Source: an uncultured Nitrososphaerota archaeon
GTDB taxonomy: Archaea > Thermoproteota > Nitrososphaeria > Nitrososphaerales > Gagatemarchaeaceae
Length of the DNA: 64,000 nt
Assembly: GCA_963838925.1 (NCBI GenBank)
Contig: CAWISW010000002.1
Span: 160,001 to 224,000, forward strand
Direction of reading: 5' to 3'
Positions 1-7,594 of this stretch are shown piece by piece. Position 1 is the first letter of the stretch. Every line of letters begins with the position of its first letter. The notes beneath the pieces are model-generated. The model was not told where the DNA came from and did not search any database. It was given only the letters and a program-made list of their open reading frames with translations. Made by a program: the position numbers and the translations under genes.

Positions 1-172
1 CGAGTGGTACAACACCCCGAACCTCCACTTCCTCAGCATAGCCGACTTCCAGGACTACTGCAAGCTGAGGGCCCTGCGGATCGAGGCGTCGGCGTACCTC
101 AGCAAGGACAGGCGGATCGGCATCCTTCCGAACCTTCGAGCCGAGCAAGGGCTGTTCCTGCTCTCCAAGTGA
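1..172 (+). CDS. metW: 3' end of methionine biosynthesis protein MetW (SAM-dependent methyltransferase), truncated by window edge
   Basis: Frame from nt 2 reads EWYNTPNLHFLSIADFQDYC...LPNLRAEQGLFLLSK* (TGA 170-172), matching the MetW WYxTPNxHF motif. Not in the ORF track. Confidence 0.75.
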   Translation, partial: EWYNTPNLHFLSIADFQDYCKLRALRIEASAYLSKDRRIGILPNLRAEQGLFLLSK

Positions 173-239
173 CCGCGCGCCCCTGGGCCCAGGGAGCCCT
201 CCGCTCCCTGAGCCCCCAGTTTGGCTGCCGCGTCGGGTG

Positions 240-407
240 CTACTTGTTCCTGCCCATGAACGCGCCGAGGAGCGCGACGATGAATATCAAGAGGAACAGC
301 GTGGTAGTTGTCATGTCGTAGACGTTGTCGAGGTCGAACGCCGAGTTGACCACCAGTCCTACCAGAGCCAGTAGGGCTGCGATCAGTACGAAGTTTCTGC
401 TGTTCAT
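240..407 (-). CDS. Small two-TM membrane protein (55 aa)
   Basis: Manual translation MNSRNFVLIAALLALVGLVVNSAFDLDNVYDMTTTTLFLLIFIVALLGAFMGRNK*; two hydrophobic segments; not in the ORF track. Confidence 0.6.
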   Translation of the reverse strand: MNSRNFVLIAALLALVGLVVNSAFDLDNVYDMTTTTLFLLIFIVALLGAFMGRNK

Positions 408-467
408 TGTTTGTCAGCGGGCCGCTCCGCGAGGCGTATTTACAGGTTGTCCGGAAGGTCAGGCCGT

Positions 468-932
468 CTAGTTGTTGCGCGAGGAGAGCGCGACGTCCTG
501 CGTGATCCACGGGGTGGGAGCATCCATACCCAGCGCGTCGAGGAGAAGGTACACCGACTCGTAGTTCTTCCGGAATATCTCGACCGCCATCTCGTTTGAG
601 ATGTCGTTGCCAAGGGCGTGGAAGTCGTTCTTCGGGTTGAACCGTAAGAACCGCACGACGGCTGACCCTCTGACCTTGCAAAGCTGCCCTGAGGAAGGCT
701 TTCCGAATGAAAAAGCGTACCGAACGTTAAGGCTGTCCTCGGTCCTGGAGGACTCGCTCATGTCGACGTCGAAGTCGAACTGGCCCGCGCTCCGCTCCTT
801 GGTCGTCCCACCCGAGTTCGTGAGCGATATCTCTTGGATCGCAGACTCCACCGCCAGTATCCTGACCCCCAGGCTGGGAGTGGCGAGCTCCGCGTCTTCC
901 CTGGGCGTCTGGACCAGAATTGCGGAAGGCAT
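468..932 (-). CDS. Hypothetical protein, possible SecB-like fold
   Basis: 154 aa; four predicted beta strands, then a helix and a Pro-containing tail (LLLDALGMDAPTPW); starts 1 nt after the upstream stop. Confidence 0.6.
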   Translation of the reverse strand: MPSAILVQTPREDAELATPSLGVRILAVESAIQEISLTNSGGTTKERSAGQFDFDVDMSESSRTEDSLNVRYAFSFGKPSSGQLCKVRGSAVVRFLRFNPKNDFHALGNDISNEMAVEIFRKNYESVYLLLDALGMDAPTPWITQDVALSSRNN

Positions 933-933
933 G

Positions 934-1245
934 CTACGCGTGGACCTCCGCCGTGCCCGTCCCCGTCCTATCGATGATGCTAGCGTAGTCGCGAAGGACT
1001 TCCATCCCTCTGTCGGTGATGGCGTACTCCACGCGCGACGACTCGCCGCTCACGCGCATGAACCCCGACGCCACCAGACCCTCGAGGTTCTTCTGCATGA
1101 CCATCCACGACGTGTTGCTGCGATACATGATGTGGGTGGGCTTCGCAGAGCCTGCCGCAGCGACCTTGAGTATGTCCATCCTGATCTCGAAAGCGGACCT
1201 GCGGGATTGAACTGGTCTCGTCTGCGTGTTCAGTACTTGCGCCAT
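934..1245 (-). CDS. Winged helix-turn-helix transcriptional regulator (COG3432/HTH_45-like)
   Basis: RRSAFEIRMDIL...KPTHIMYRSNTSW...YAITDRG motif; start moved to ATG 1245 (track start 1317). Confidence 0.85.
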   Translation of the reverse strand: MAQVLNTQTRPVQSRRSAFEIRMDILKVAAAGSAKPTHIMYRSNTSWMVMQKNLEGLVASGFMRVSGESSRVEYAITDRGMEVLRDYASIIDRTGTGTAEVHA

Positions 1246-1346
1246 TTTCTTCGACGTCTCTGTATAGGTGCGTGGCGTTATATAGCACGAAGAAACCAAA
1301 ACCAATACCAACGACATATTGCTATAACATGGAATCCGGTTCTATG

Positions 1347-1362
1347 ATTCCTTGCAAGGAAT
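1347..1362. promoter_or_regulatory. Perfect 16-bp palindrome, candidate operator
   Basis: ATTCCTTGCAAGGAAT in the AT-rich intergenic region upstream of the wHTH gene. Confidence 0.45.
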
Positions 1363-1438
1363 GCAGACTCTAGGACGCTAGTTGCACTATTTGCACAAAT
1401 TTGGCTAACGGGATTTACATCGTTAGAACGTTCTTTCC

Positions 1439-2686
1439 CTACGTCTCTCTCGTCACGGTCAGCCCGGAGCCGTCGTACGAGAGGTGGAGCGCATATAGGC
1501 CCTTTATGAGGCTCACGACCCGCTCGTCCTGTGCGTGGCGTTTCACCACGAAGAGGGCGCTCGAGTTCGCATCCTTTGAGAGCAGCTCCTTCTGCGCCTT
1601 CAGGAAGCCGTAAGACCTTTCGAAGCCAAACGACACTACAAGGTCTGATATGCTGTCGAAGATCATGAGGACCTTCCGGCTGGAGTGCGCCTGAAGGGTC
1701 TTCGCGGTCAGGTCGAGCAGCACGGCCGGATCGTCCTGTGGCACGGAGACCTCGTCTCCCTGCCCGGTGGGCTTAGGGTAGGTCGTCTGCGACGACATGC
1801 TGAATATTTGGACGCCCTCCACCGAAGAGAGCGCGGAGTAGATAGGCCCTCCCTTCCAGGTAAACGCGAAGACGGCGCTCTTCGAGGCCTTGAACGCGTC
1901 TGCGAACTCCTTCACGATGGCCTCGTAGCTCATTCCGGGGTCGACCTCGATGAGCATGCTCTTTCCTGCGAACCGGGCGACGTCCACCTCGCTCCTGGTT
2001 TGACCCTGGCCTCGACCTGGCGGGTCGTCCGGCTCGCCCCAAGGCGTCAGCTCCAGCGAGTATGCCCGGGCGAGCGCGTCGACCTTGGGTGAGAGCTCCC
2101 CGGCGTAGAGCGCGTGGATGCTCAGCTCGGTGTCGAGCTGGGTGACGAAGAGCTTCATTATCTGAGTCTCGTCCACGTCCTGTAGGATGACGTACCCGTG
2201 CTTCGACCCGTCCCTCCTCTGGGAAACCAGTCCCAGTGAGTGCACCGCGCCAGACTTGCCGACCATCTTGGGGCTCAGTATCTTGGCGCCCTCCGCCCTG
2301 ACCCTGGCCTCCAAGCTCAGGTAGAGGTCAGACTCCTGCGAGCCTACCTTGGGGAGGTAGGTCAGGGCCTTCGAGATGCGCTCCTTCGTTATGGTCTCAA
2401 GCTTCAGAGGCGCCGCCTCACGCTTCAGGTTGACGTAATAGTCCAGAAGCCTCGAACCGCTTTCTGTCAGGGAGTACGTCACCCTCTTGCCGTCCACCTG
2501 CCTCGAAAGCAACTGGTTCCTGATTAAGGCCTCAAGGTACATGATGAGGTCGTCCCACGTGACGTTCGCGATCTGCATTATCCTTGTGGGCTTCTCCGTC
2601 CCCTTCGATATCACGCTGAGTATGTCGCAGATTATCTCTAGTTTTGACCGTCTACCTGACGATTTTGGGGTGTCTTCTTCGAACAA
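1439..2686 (-). CDS. wHTH regulator fused to an inactive restriction-endonuclease-like domain and a C-terminal degenerate KaiC-like/DUF835 domain
   Basis: N-term RRSKLEIICDIL...KPTRIMQIANVTW; central GKSGAVHSL; C-term KVLMIFDSISDL with no Walker A. Confidence 0.7.
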   Translation of the reverse strand: MFEEDTPKSSGRRSKLEIICDILSVISKGTEKPTRIMQIANVTWDDLIMYLEALIRNQLLSRQVDGKRVTYSLTESGSRLLDYYVNLKREAAPLKLETITKERISKALTYLPKVGSQESDLYLSLEARVRAEGAKILSPKMVGKSGAVHSLGLVSQRRDGSKHGYVILQDVDETQIMKLFVTQLDTELSIHALYAGELSPKVDALARAYSLELTPWGEPDDPPGRGQGQTRSEVDVARFAGKSMLIEVDPGMSYEAIVKEFADAFKASKSAVFAFTWKGGPIYSALSSVEGVQIFSMSSQTTYPKPTGQGDEVSVPQDDPAVLLDLTAKTLQAHSSRKVLMIFDSISDLVVSFGFERSYGFLKAQKELLSKDANSSALFVVKRHAQDERVVSLIKGLYALHLSYDGSGLTVTRET

Positions 2687-2785
2687 GTTTGGCCGTTTTC
2701 CCTATTTTCTTTGGCTTTTCCTATGATATGTAAGTTTTGGCGCCGGGTTGGGACGAGAAATCAGCGACTGCGCATCCTGCAGACC

Positions 2786-3064
2786 TCACTGCTTCTGGCT
2801 CTTCGAGGGAGCGCGTCCACCGCCGTCTGGCTTCCCGCCTGGCGAGCTCCTCCCAGACTCGAGCGCGGCTTTCTCGAGCTTCGAGTTGCTGCGCCATATC
2901 GCCAATATCGCTCCGCCCACCAAGACCGTGACGACGAGGGCGAAAGCTATCCTTGTCAGGTCGGGCGACGCCGAGAGGATTGCCCCGTCTAGGACCGCGA
3001 GCAGCGCGCCCGCGCCGACCATGTTGCGCCTCCACTTCTGCGGCGGCTTCCGCTCGCGTTTCAA
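2786..3064 (-). CDS. Small membrane protein (2 TM)
   Basis: 92 aa, two hydrophobic helices with basic flanks. Confidence 0.6.
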   Translation of the reverse strand: MKRERKPPQKWRRNMVGAGALLAVLDGAILSASPDLTRIAFALVVTVLVGGAILAIWRSNSKLEKAALESGRSSPGGKPDGGGRAPSKSQKQ

Positions 3065-3119
3065 GCTTGCGCCGTTAAGGCTTGCAGGCTTTTTAGGGGT
3101 TCCGGGAAGAGGGCGCGCC

Positions 3120-3533
3120 TCATTCAGGATTGCCCTGGAAGAGCATCTGGAGGTTCCCCTCGGAGTCCTTGAAGAACGCGGTGGCGCCCGCGGCGGGGTC
3201 GTAGGTTATCGGCCCCTCGACCCTGCTGCCCTTCCCCATCTTCTCCCCGCGGCCGAACTTCACTCCCTTGCCCTTCAGCTCGCCTACGACCGCCTTGATG
3301 TCTTCGACGACGAACACCGAGTACGCGAGCTCCCTCTTCTCCCACTTCTGCGGCGTGACGAGCCAGAACTCGCAGCCGCTCACCTTGAGGGAGGCCCAAA
3401 AGTCCTTCATGTCTCCCTCCATCCGGTGGAGGACCTTCCCACCGAGGGCAGCGGTGTAGAACTTCACTGCCCTGTCCATGTTCTTGACAGGCACTAGCGT
3501 GGCGTGGCTGCTGGTTTGAGAGAGGGATGCCAT
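3120..3533 (-). CDS. VOC/glyoxalase family protein
   Basis: HATLVPVKNMDRAVKFY...FFKDSEGN motifs. Confidence 0.9.
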   Translation of the reverse strand: MASLSQTSSHATLVPVKNMDRAVKFYTAALGGKVLHRMEGDMKDFWASLKVSGCEFWLVTPQKWEKRELAYSVFVVEDIKAVVGELKGKGVKFGRGEKMGKGSRVEGPITYDPAAGATAFFKDSEGNLQMLFQGNPE

Positions 3534-3612
3534 GTTTCAAGATGCTCGCGCGGCTTATTTAAAGCGGAAAGGGAAATAGCGGATATCGGTCCGGCACTCG
3601 GCCTACTCCTAG

Positions 3613-5043
3613 CTATGATCTGAAGGCGAACGGGTTGACCGGGAAGTAGGCGAAGAAGAAGACTACAGCCGCGACCAACCAGAGCAGGATCAGCAGCCTC
3701 TCGGCCTTCACGCTTCCTCGCGCCAGGAACGTGACCGCCAGCGGGATCCCGAGCGCGAGACCCACGTCGGTGTTGATGAAGTAGAACGCGTACTCCACCC
3801 TGTCGCTGACCAAAGAGATGTAGTATAGGGGGAGATACGTCCCCGCGATGACGCACGCGACCAGCGCGTCGACCGCCTTCGCAGTTCTCCGCACGAGCCT
3901 CCACGCCACTATGGGAACCACCACCCAGATCGAGTACCAGACGACTAGGTTCCCGATCCCCTGCCAGTCTATCGGGTGAGTGATCTCGACCGTCGACGTG
4001 GGCGCACACGTCGACGAGGACACGCATGAGTTGGACGTCACCGTGACCGTCACTGTGCTGACATAGTAGGGTAGCGGGGCGACGTCCCAGGGCAAGATCC
4101 AGTCCCACGGGTAGCAGTTCCACTGGTTCGTGCTCCCGCAGCCCTTCAGCGATGTCTGGTAGGTGAAGTAGTATTCGAAGTTCTGGAGCGGGTTGGTCAC
4201 ACTACCCGACTCCGTCGTCGTGGTCGTCGTCGTCGTGAAGGTCTCGTTGATGAGCTGGTTCACGGTGACCGTAGGCTCGACGACGACCGTCGTCTTGGTG
4301 TACGGGTGGTACGCCGCGTCGTACCCCCAGAGGGGGAGCCCGACCACGAGCGAGACTATGATCGCGAATGCTAGGACCTTCTTCAGGCCGATGGGCGAGC
4401 CCGGCGTCCGCAGGCTCTTCGCGTTGGCCCAGAGGTGGTAGAGCACTAGGGCGAGCAGAAAGAACACTCCGCTCTCCTTGCTGAGCACGCACAGGCCGAA
4501 GGCCAGCGCAGAGAGGTAGTATCTCCTCTTGAAGTAAGCCAGGAACCCCGCGAGCGCGAAGAGGACCGGGGGCCCGTCAAGGAGGAGGAGGGACGTGTGT
4601 ATGAAGAAGAGGTTCTCGAACGCGAGCATCGAGGCGGCGAGGAGGGCGTTCTCCTTCGAGAAGAACTGCCTCGCGAGCTCGTACATCAGCCAGACCGAAA
4701 GGGTGCCGATCAGCGCGTAGAATATCCTCCATCCGAAGAAGTTGTCTCCGAACACCAGGATGCCAAGCGCGCCCCAGATCTTGCCGAAGAAGGGGTGCTC
4801 GAGGTTCGACGCGACCCCGTGGAGCAGGTCGAGCGACGCCTTGACGTAGTATGACTCGTCGAACACCTGGCCCGCTCCGTTGGACGTGTCAGAGGGGAAC
4901 GATAGCGCGAAGAGGTGCAGGGCGAAGATGACCAGGAGCAGGTGACCGATGTTGATGCCCCTCACCGCCTTCTGCAGGTAGTCGATGACCGACCCCTCTT
5001 CGCCGGCGGGCGCCACCTCGGTACTCTCGGCCAAGACGTCCAC
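3613..5043 (-). CDS. GT-C glycosyltransferase family 39 (protein O-mannosyltransferase-like)
   Basis: FDESYY and EHPFFGK motifs, FGWR, many TMs, Thr-rich loop. Confidence 0.8.
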   Translation of the reverse strand: MDVLAESTEVAPAGEEGSVIDYLQKAVRGINIGHLLLVIFALHLFALSFPSDTSNGAGQVFDESYYVKASLDLLHGVASNLEHPFFGKIWGALGILVFGDNFFGWRIFYALIGTLSVWLMYELARQFFSKENALLAASMLAFENLFFIHTSLLLLDGPPVLFALAGFLAYFKRRYYLSALAFGLCVLSKESGVFFLLALVLYHLWANAKSLRTPGSPIGLKKVLAFAIIVSLVVGLPLWGYDAAYHPYTKTTVVVEPTVTVNQLINETFTTTTTTTTESGSVTNPLQNFEYYFTYQTSLKGCGSTNQWNCYPWDWILPWDVAPLPYYVSTVTVTVTSNSCVSSSTCAPTSTVEITHPIDWQGIGNLVVWYSIWVVVPIVAWRLVRRTAKAVDALVACVIAGTYLPLYYISLVSDRVEYAFYFINTDVGLALGIPLAVTFLARGSVKAERLLILLWLVAAVVFFFAYFPVNPFAFRS

Positions 5044-5115
5044 CGCTCTCGCTCGGAGATATAACCTTCAAAGGTCTAAATCCCGAGGTGCGAGCCGGTC
5101 CAAGCGTAGACTTCC

Positions 5116-5793
5116 TTGGTCGCCCCCGCCTCCTTTCTTGACAAGCTGGCCGGCAAGGTCGTCTTGGCGTCCTACTTCGCGGCCTTGTTGGTTCTCCTCG
5201 CGTCGGTCGCTCTGACCTTCGAGGGACAGATCTGGGTTGGCCAGGTGGGAGACGTGTCGTCGGTCTCGCTCGCCTCGGTGTCCGTGATCTACGTCCTCGG
5301 CCAGTACCGGTTCAGGAGCGTCGGCTACTCTATCATGAAGTCGGTAGTCCTGGGAGTTCTCCTAGCCAACGCGTTCCTCCAGTGCTACGAGCTCGCCTAC
5401 GGCCTGACTTGGGGCCTCAGCGGCCTCTTATCCGACCCGCCCACGTTGACCGGCACCGACGTCAGGACGTTCCTCCTGTGGGTCGTGATGATATCCCCAA
5501 TACTCTTGGTGCACGAGCACCTGAGGTTCAAGCGGACCAGCGCCCTATTGATCTCCTTGACAGGTGCGGTCTGGGTGGTGTGGATTCTCTACGGCTTTCC
5601 TCAATACTACCTCTCCGGCTACTTCTTCCCCCAAGTACTGAAGACCTCTGACCCGTTCCACCTCAGCCTCTGGCTCAACTTCGGCTCAAAGGCGCTGCTC
5701 GCAGTTTTCTTCGTGTCTTTGCTGGAGCCCCTGAAAGCCCTCAGGAACCTTCGCCACATCCCGGAGCAGGGTACCGAGAGGGGAACGACCTAG
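5116..5793 (+). CDS. Polytopic membrane protein, unknown function
   Basis: 225 aa, about 6 hydrophobic segments. Confidence 0.7.
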   Translation: MVAPASFLDKLAGKVVLASYFAALLVLLASVALTFEGQIWVGQVGDVSSVSLASVSVIYVLGQYRFRSVGYSIMKSVVLGVLLANAFLQCYELAYGLTWGLSGLLSDPPTLTGTDVRTFLLWVVMISPILLVHEHLRFKRTSALLISLTGAVWVVWILYGFPQYYLSGYFFPQVLKTSDPFHLSLWLNFGSKALLAVFFVSLLEPLKALRNLRHIPEQGTERGTT

Positions 5794-6234
5794 TCAGGGC
5801 AAGAGCCCGCCGGCGCCCAGCATCGCCGTCACGGTGGTCCCGTCCGACAGGTCGACCACGACCACGCCGACCGAAGCGGGCCTTTGGCTGGATCCGACGT
5901 CTCCCAGCCCGCGAACCATCGTGATGCCCGGCAGGGTCACCGCTATCGTCACGGCTCCTCCGCTTGCCGTCACCACGGGCTGGGTCACGGTGCCGTTTAT
6001 TGTGACAGACCTTACTTCTGATACGCTTACCAACCCCTGATTCGCGTCGAGGACGATCGTGCAGGAGAACGTGCCGCCGCCCTTGCAAGAGCTCTGGTGC
6101 GGGTCGACGAAGACGTTCGTGCTAGCGGGGGGCGTAGCTGACGAGAACGGAGAGTCAAGAACCAACGCCAGGGAAACAGCGAGTGCAACAAAGAGGACTG
6201 CTGTCCCGATTGCAGCGACCTTCTTCTTCTCCAG
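5794..6234 (-). CDS. Secreted or membrane-anchored beta-rich protein
   Basis: Track ORF 5794-6165 extends in frame to a signal-like LEKKKVAAIGTAVLFVALAVSLAL beginning at CTG 6234; start uncertain. Confidence 0.6.
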   Translation of the reverse strand: MEKKKVAAIGTAVLFVALAVSLALVLDSPFSSATPPASTNVFVDPHQSSCKGGGTFSCTIVLDANQGLVSVSEVRSVTINGTVTQPVVTASGGAVTIAVTLPGITMVRGLGDVGSSQRPASVGVVVVDLSDGTTVTAMLGAGGLLP

Positions 6235-6565
6235 CCTTGCTCGCCTGGGTGCGTTTCCGTTTCCCTCGACTAATATGGATGACTGACAGCCCTTGAATCA
6301 AGAATTCGCGGTAATTCAGGGGTCTTCTTGGATGTTCCTCGCTCCAGTGACTTGACGTTCGTCAACGGAATTACGCTACTTGTCTAGATTTCATGGCACC
6401 GTCGGTAATCTGCCCGGCGGACGATTTCCTAGCGCTGACCCAGCGATGAAGCTATTTCGCTCAACTCACGGAGCAGAATCCGGCGCGAAACACGGGCCCA
6501 TGCGGGAAAAAATCGAGCATTACTTCTTAACGCTTAAATCGAGTGACCGAGTTGGTGTATCAAGT

Positions 6566-7564
6566 TTGAGAAGATCTCTCTCTTTTGCGTCAGTTTTGGC
6601 TTTGCTCGCGGTCATCACGGTTTCGGGGGCGAATTTGGCCCATGCCCAGCCTCAGAATGCCTGGACAGCAAACGGATGGGTCTCCTCTGGAACCATCCAG
6701 GACCTGACGGGCAACTCGAACCTAGCAACGAACTCTCCGCTCATCGCAGGGCACTCTTACAACATGACGCTGCAGATCAACGTCCCCAACACTTCGACGA
6801 GCACCCCGCAGTTCCAAGTGAGCCTCAACACGAGGTTCGGAGCGGCCACAGGGCAGTCTGTGTATTGGGTCGTCCACAACCCAACTTACCCGGGCTATAA
6901 TCGCACGGGATTCACTGGCGGAAGCAAGACTGTGAGCTTCAACTACGTGCAGGGGACTGTCAGGGTCTCGGCTTACTTCCAGATCCCGGTGAACTTCACC
7001 ATTCCGATCGCGAAGTACTCCACTCCCTCGGGCAACGGCACGCTGACGCTGCACCTTCCGCAGGACAACGTGATATTCGTCTCCGTCGTTCCAGTCGGAT
7101 CGACCAGCGCTGGCTCGTTCTTGGCCTCCGTACAGGACCAGACCATCCAGACGTACGCGAACAACTACAACCAGACTTCCAGCTACGTCCCCGCGGGGAA
7201 GATCCCTTCAGCCTACTCGTCTTTGGTCAGCTCGATCATCAATGAGGCGCAAGCCCTCAACAACCTAGGTCTGCCAGACCAGGGCACAGCGCTGCTCAAC
7301 GACCTCGCTCCCTCGGCCTTCCCGGTTCCTCCAAACGGCTCCCTCACGACCTACGCCTTGGTGGGATTGGCAGGCGCGGTGGTCGTCGTCGTCCTACTGG
7401 CCGTCCTAATGCTGCGCAGCAGAGGAAAGAGCGGCTACTCGGTCGGGATAATCAACGACGTCCAGAAGGACCTCGCTGTCCTTGAGGTAACGGCGGCGAA
7501 GTACGACAAGGCGATGGCCGACAAGCTAAAGTCTCTCAGAGACAAGTTGAGCGAGTCAAGTTGA
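6566..7564 (+). CDS. Signal-peptide, beta-rich extracellular protein with C-terminal TM and short cytoplasmic coiled coil (gene 1 of tubulin-like operon)
   Basis: TTG 6566 after TATA-like CTTAAA (~6533); signal ends AHA|Q; S/T/N-rich body; TM YALVGLAGAVVVVVLLAVLML. Confidence 0.8.
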   Translation: MRRSLSFASVLALLAVITVSGANLAHAQPQNAWTANGWVSSGTIQDLTGNSNLATNSPLIAGHSYNMTLQINVPNTSTSTPQFQVSLNTRFGAATGQSVYWVVHNPTYPGYNRTGFTGGSKTVSFNYVQGTVRVSAYFQIPVNFTIPIAKYSTPSGNGTLTLHLPQDNVIFVSVVPVGSTSAGSFLASVQDQTIQTYANNYNQTSSYVPAGKIPSAYSSLVSSIINEAQALNNLGLPDQGTALLNDLAPSAFPVPPNGSLTTYALVGLAGAVVVVVLLAVLMLRSRGKSGYSVGIINDVQKDLAVLEVTAAKYDKAMADKLKSLRDKLSESS

Positions 7565-7594
7565 GCGAGTCAAGTTGAGCGAGTCAAGTTGAGC
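7543..7594 (+). repeat. 14-bp tandem repeat CAAGTTGAGCGAGT x3.7
   Basis: Units 7543-7556, 7557-7570, 7571-7584, partial 7585-7594; spans the upstream stop (7562-7564) and downstream TTG start (7589). Confidence 0.95.

Noticed and set aside
4210-4240. GTC trinucleotide run as a contingency repeat
   Set aside because: Imperfect and in frame; it encodes the poly-Thr loop of the GT39 protein
7543-7594. Tandem repeat as a CRISPR array
   Set aside because: The units are contiguous 14-mers with no spacers, and there are no cas genes in the window
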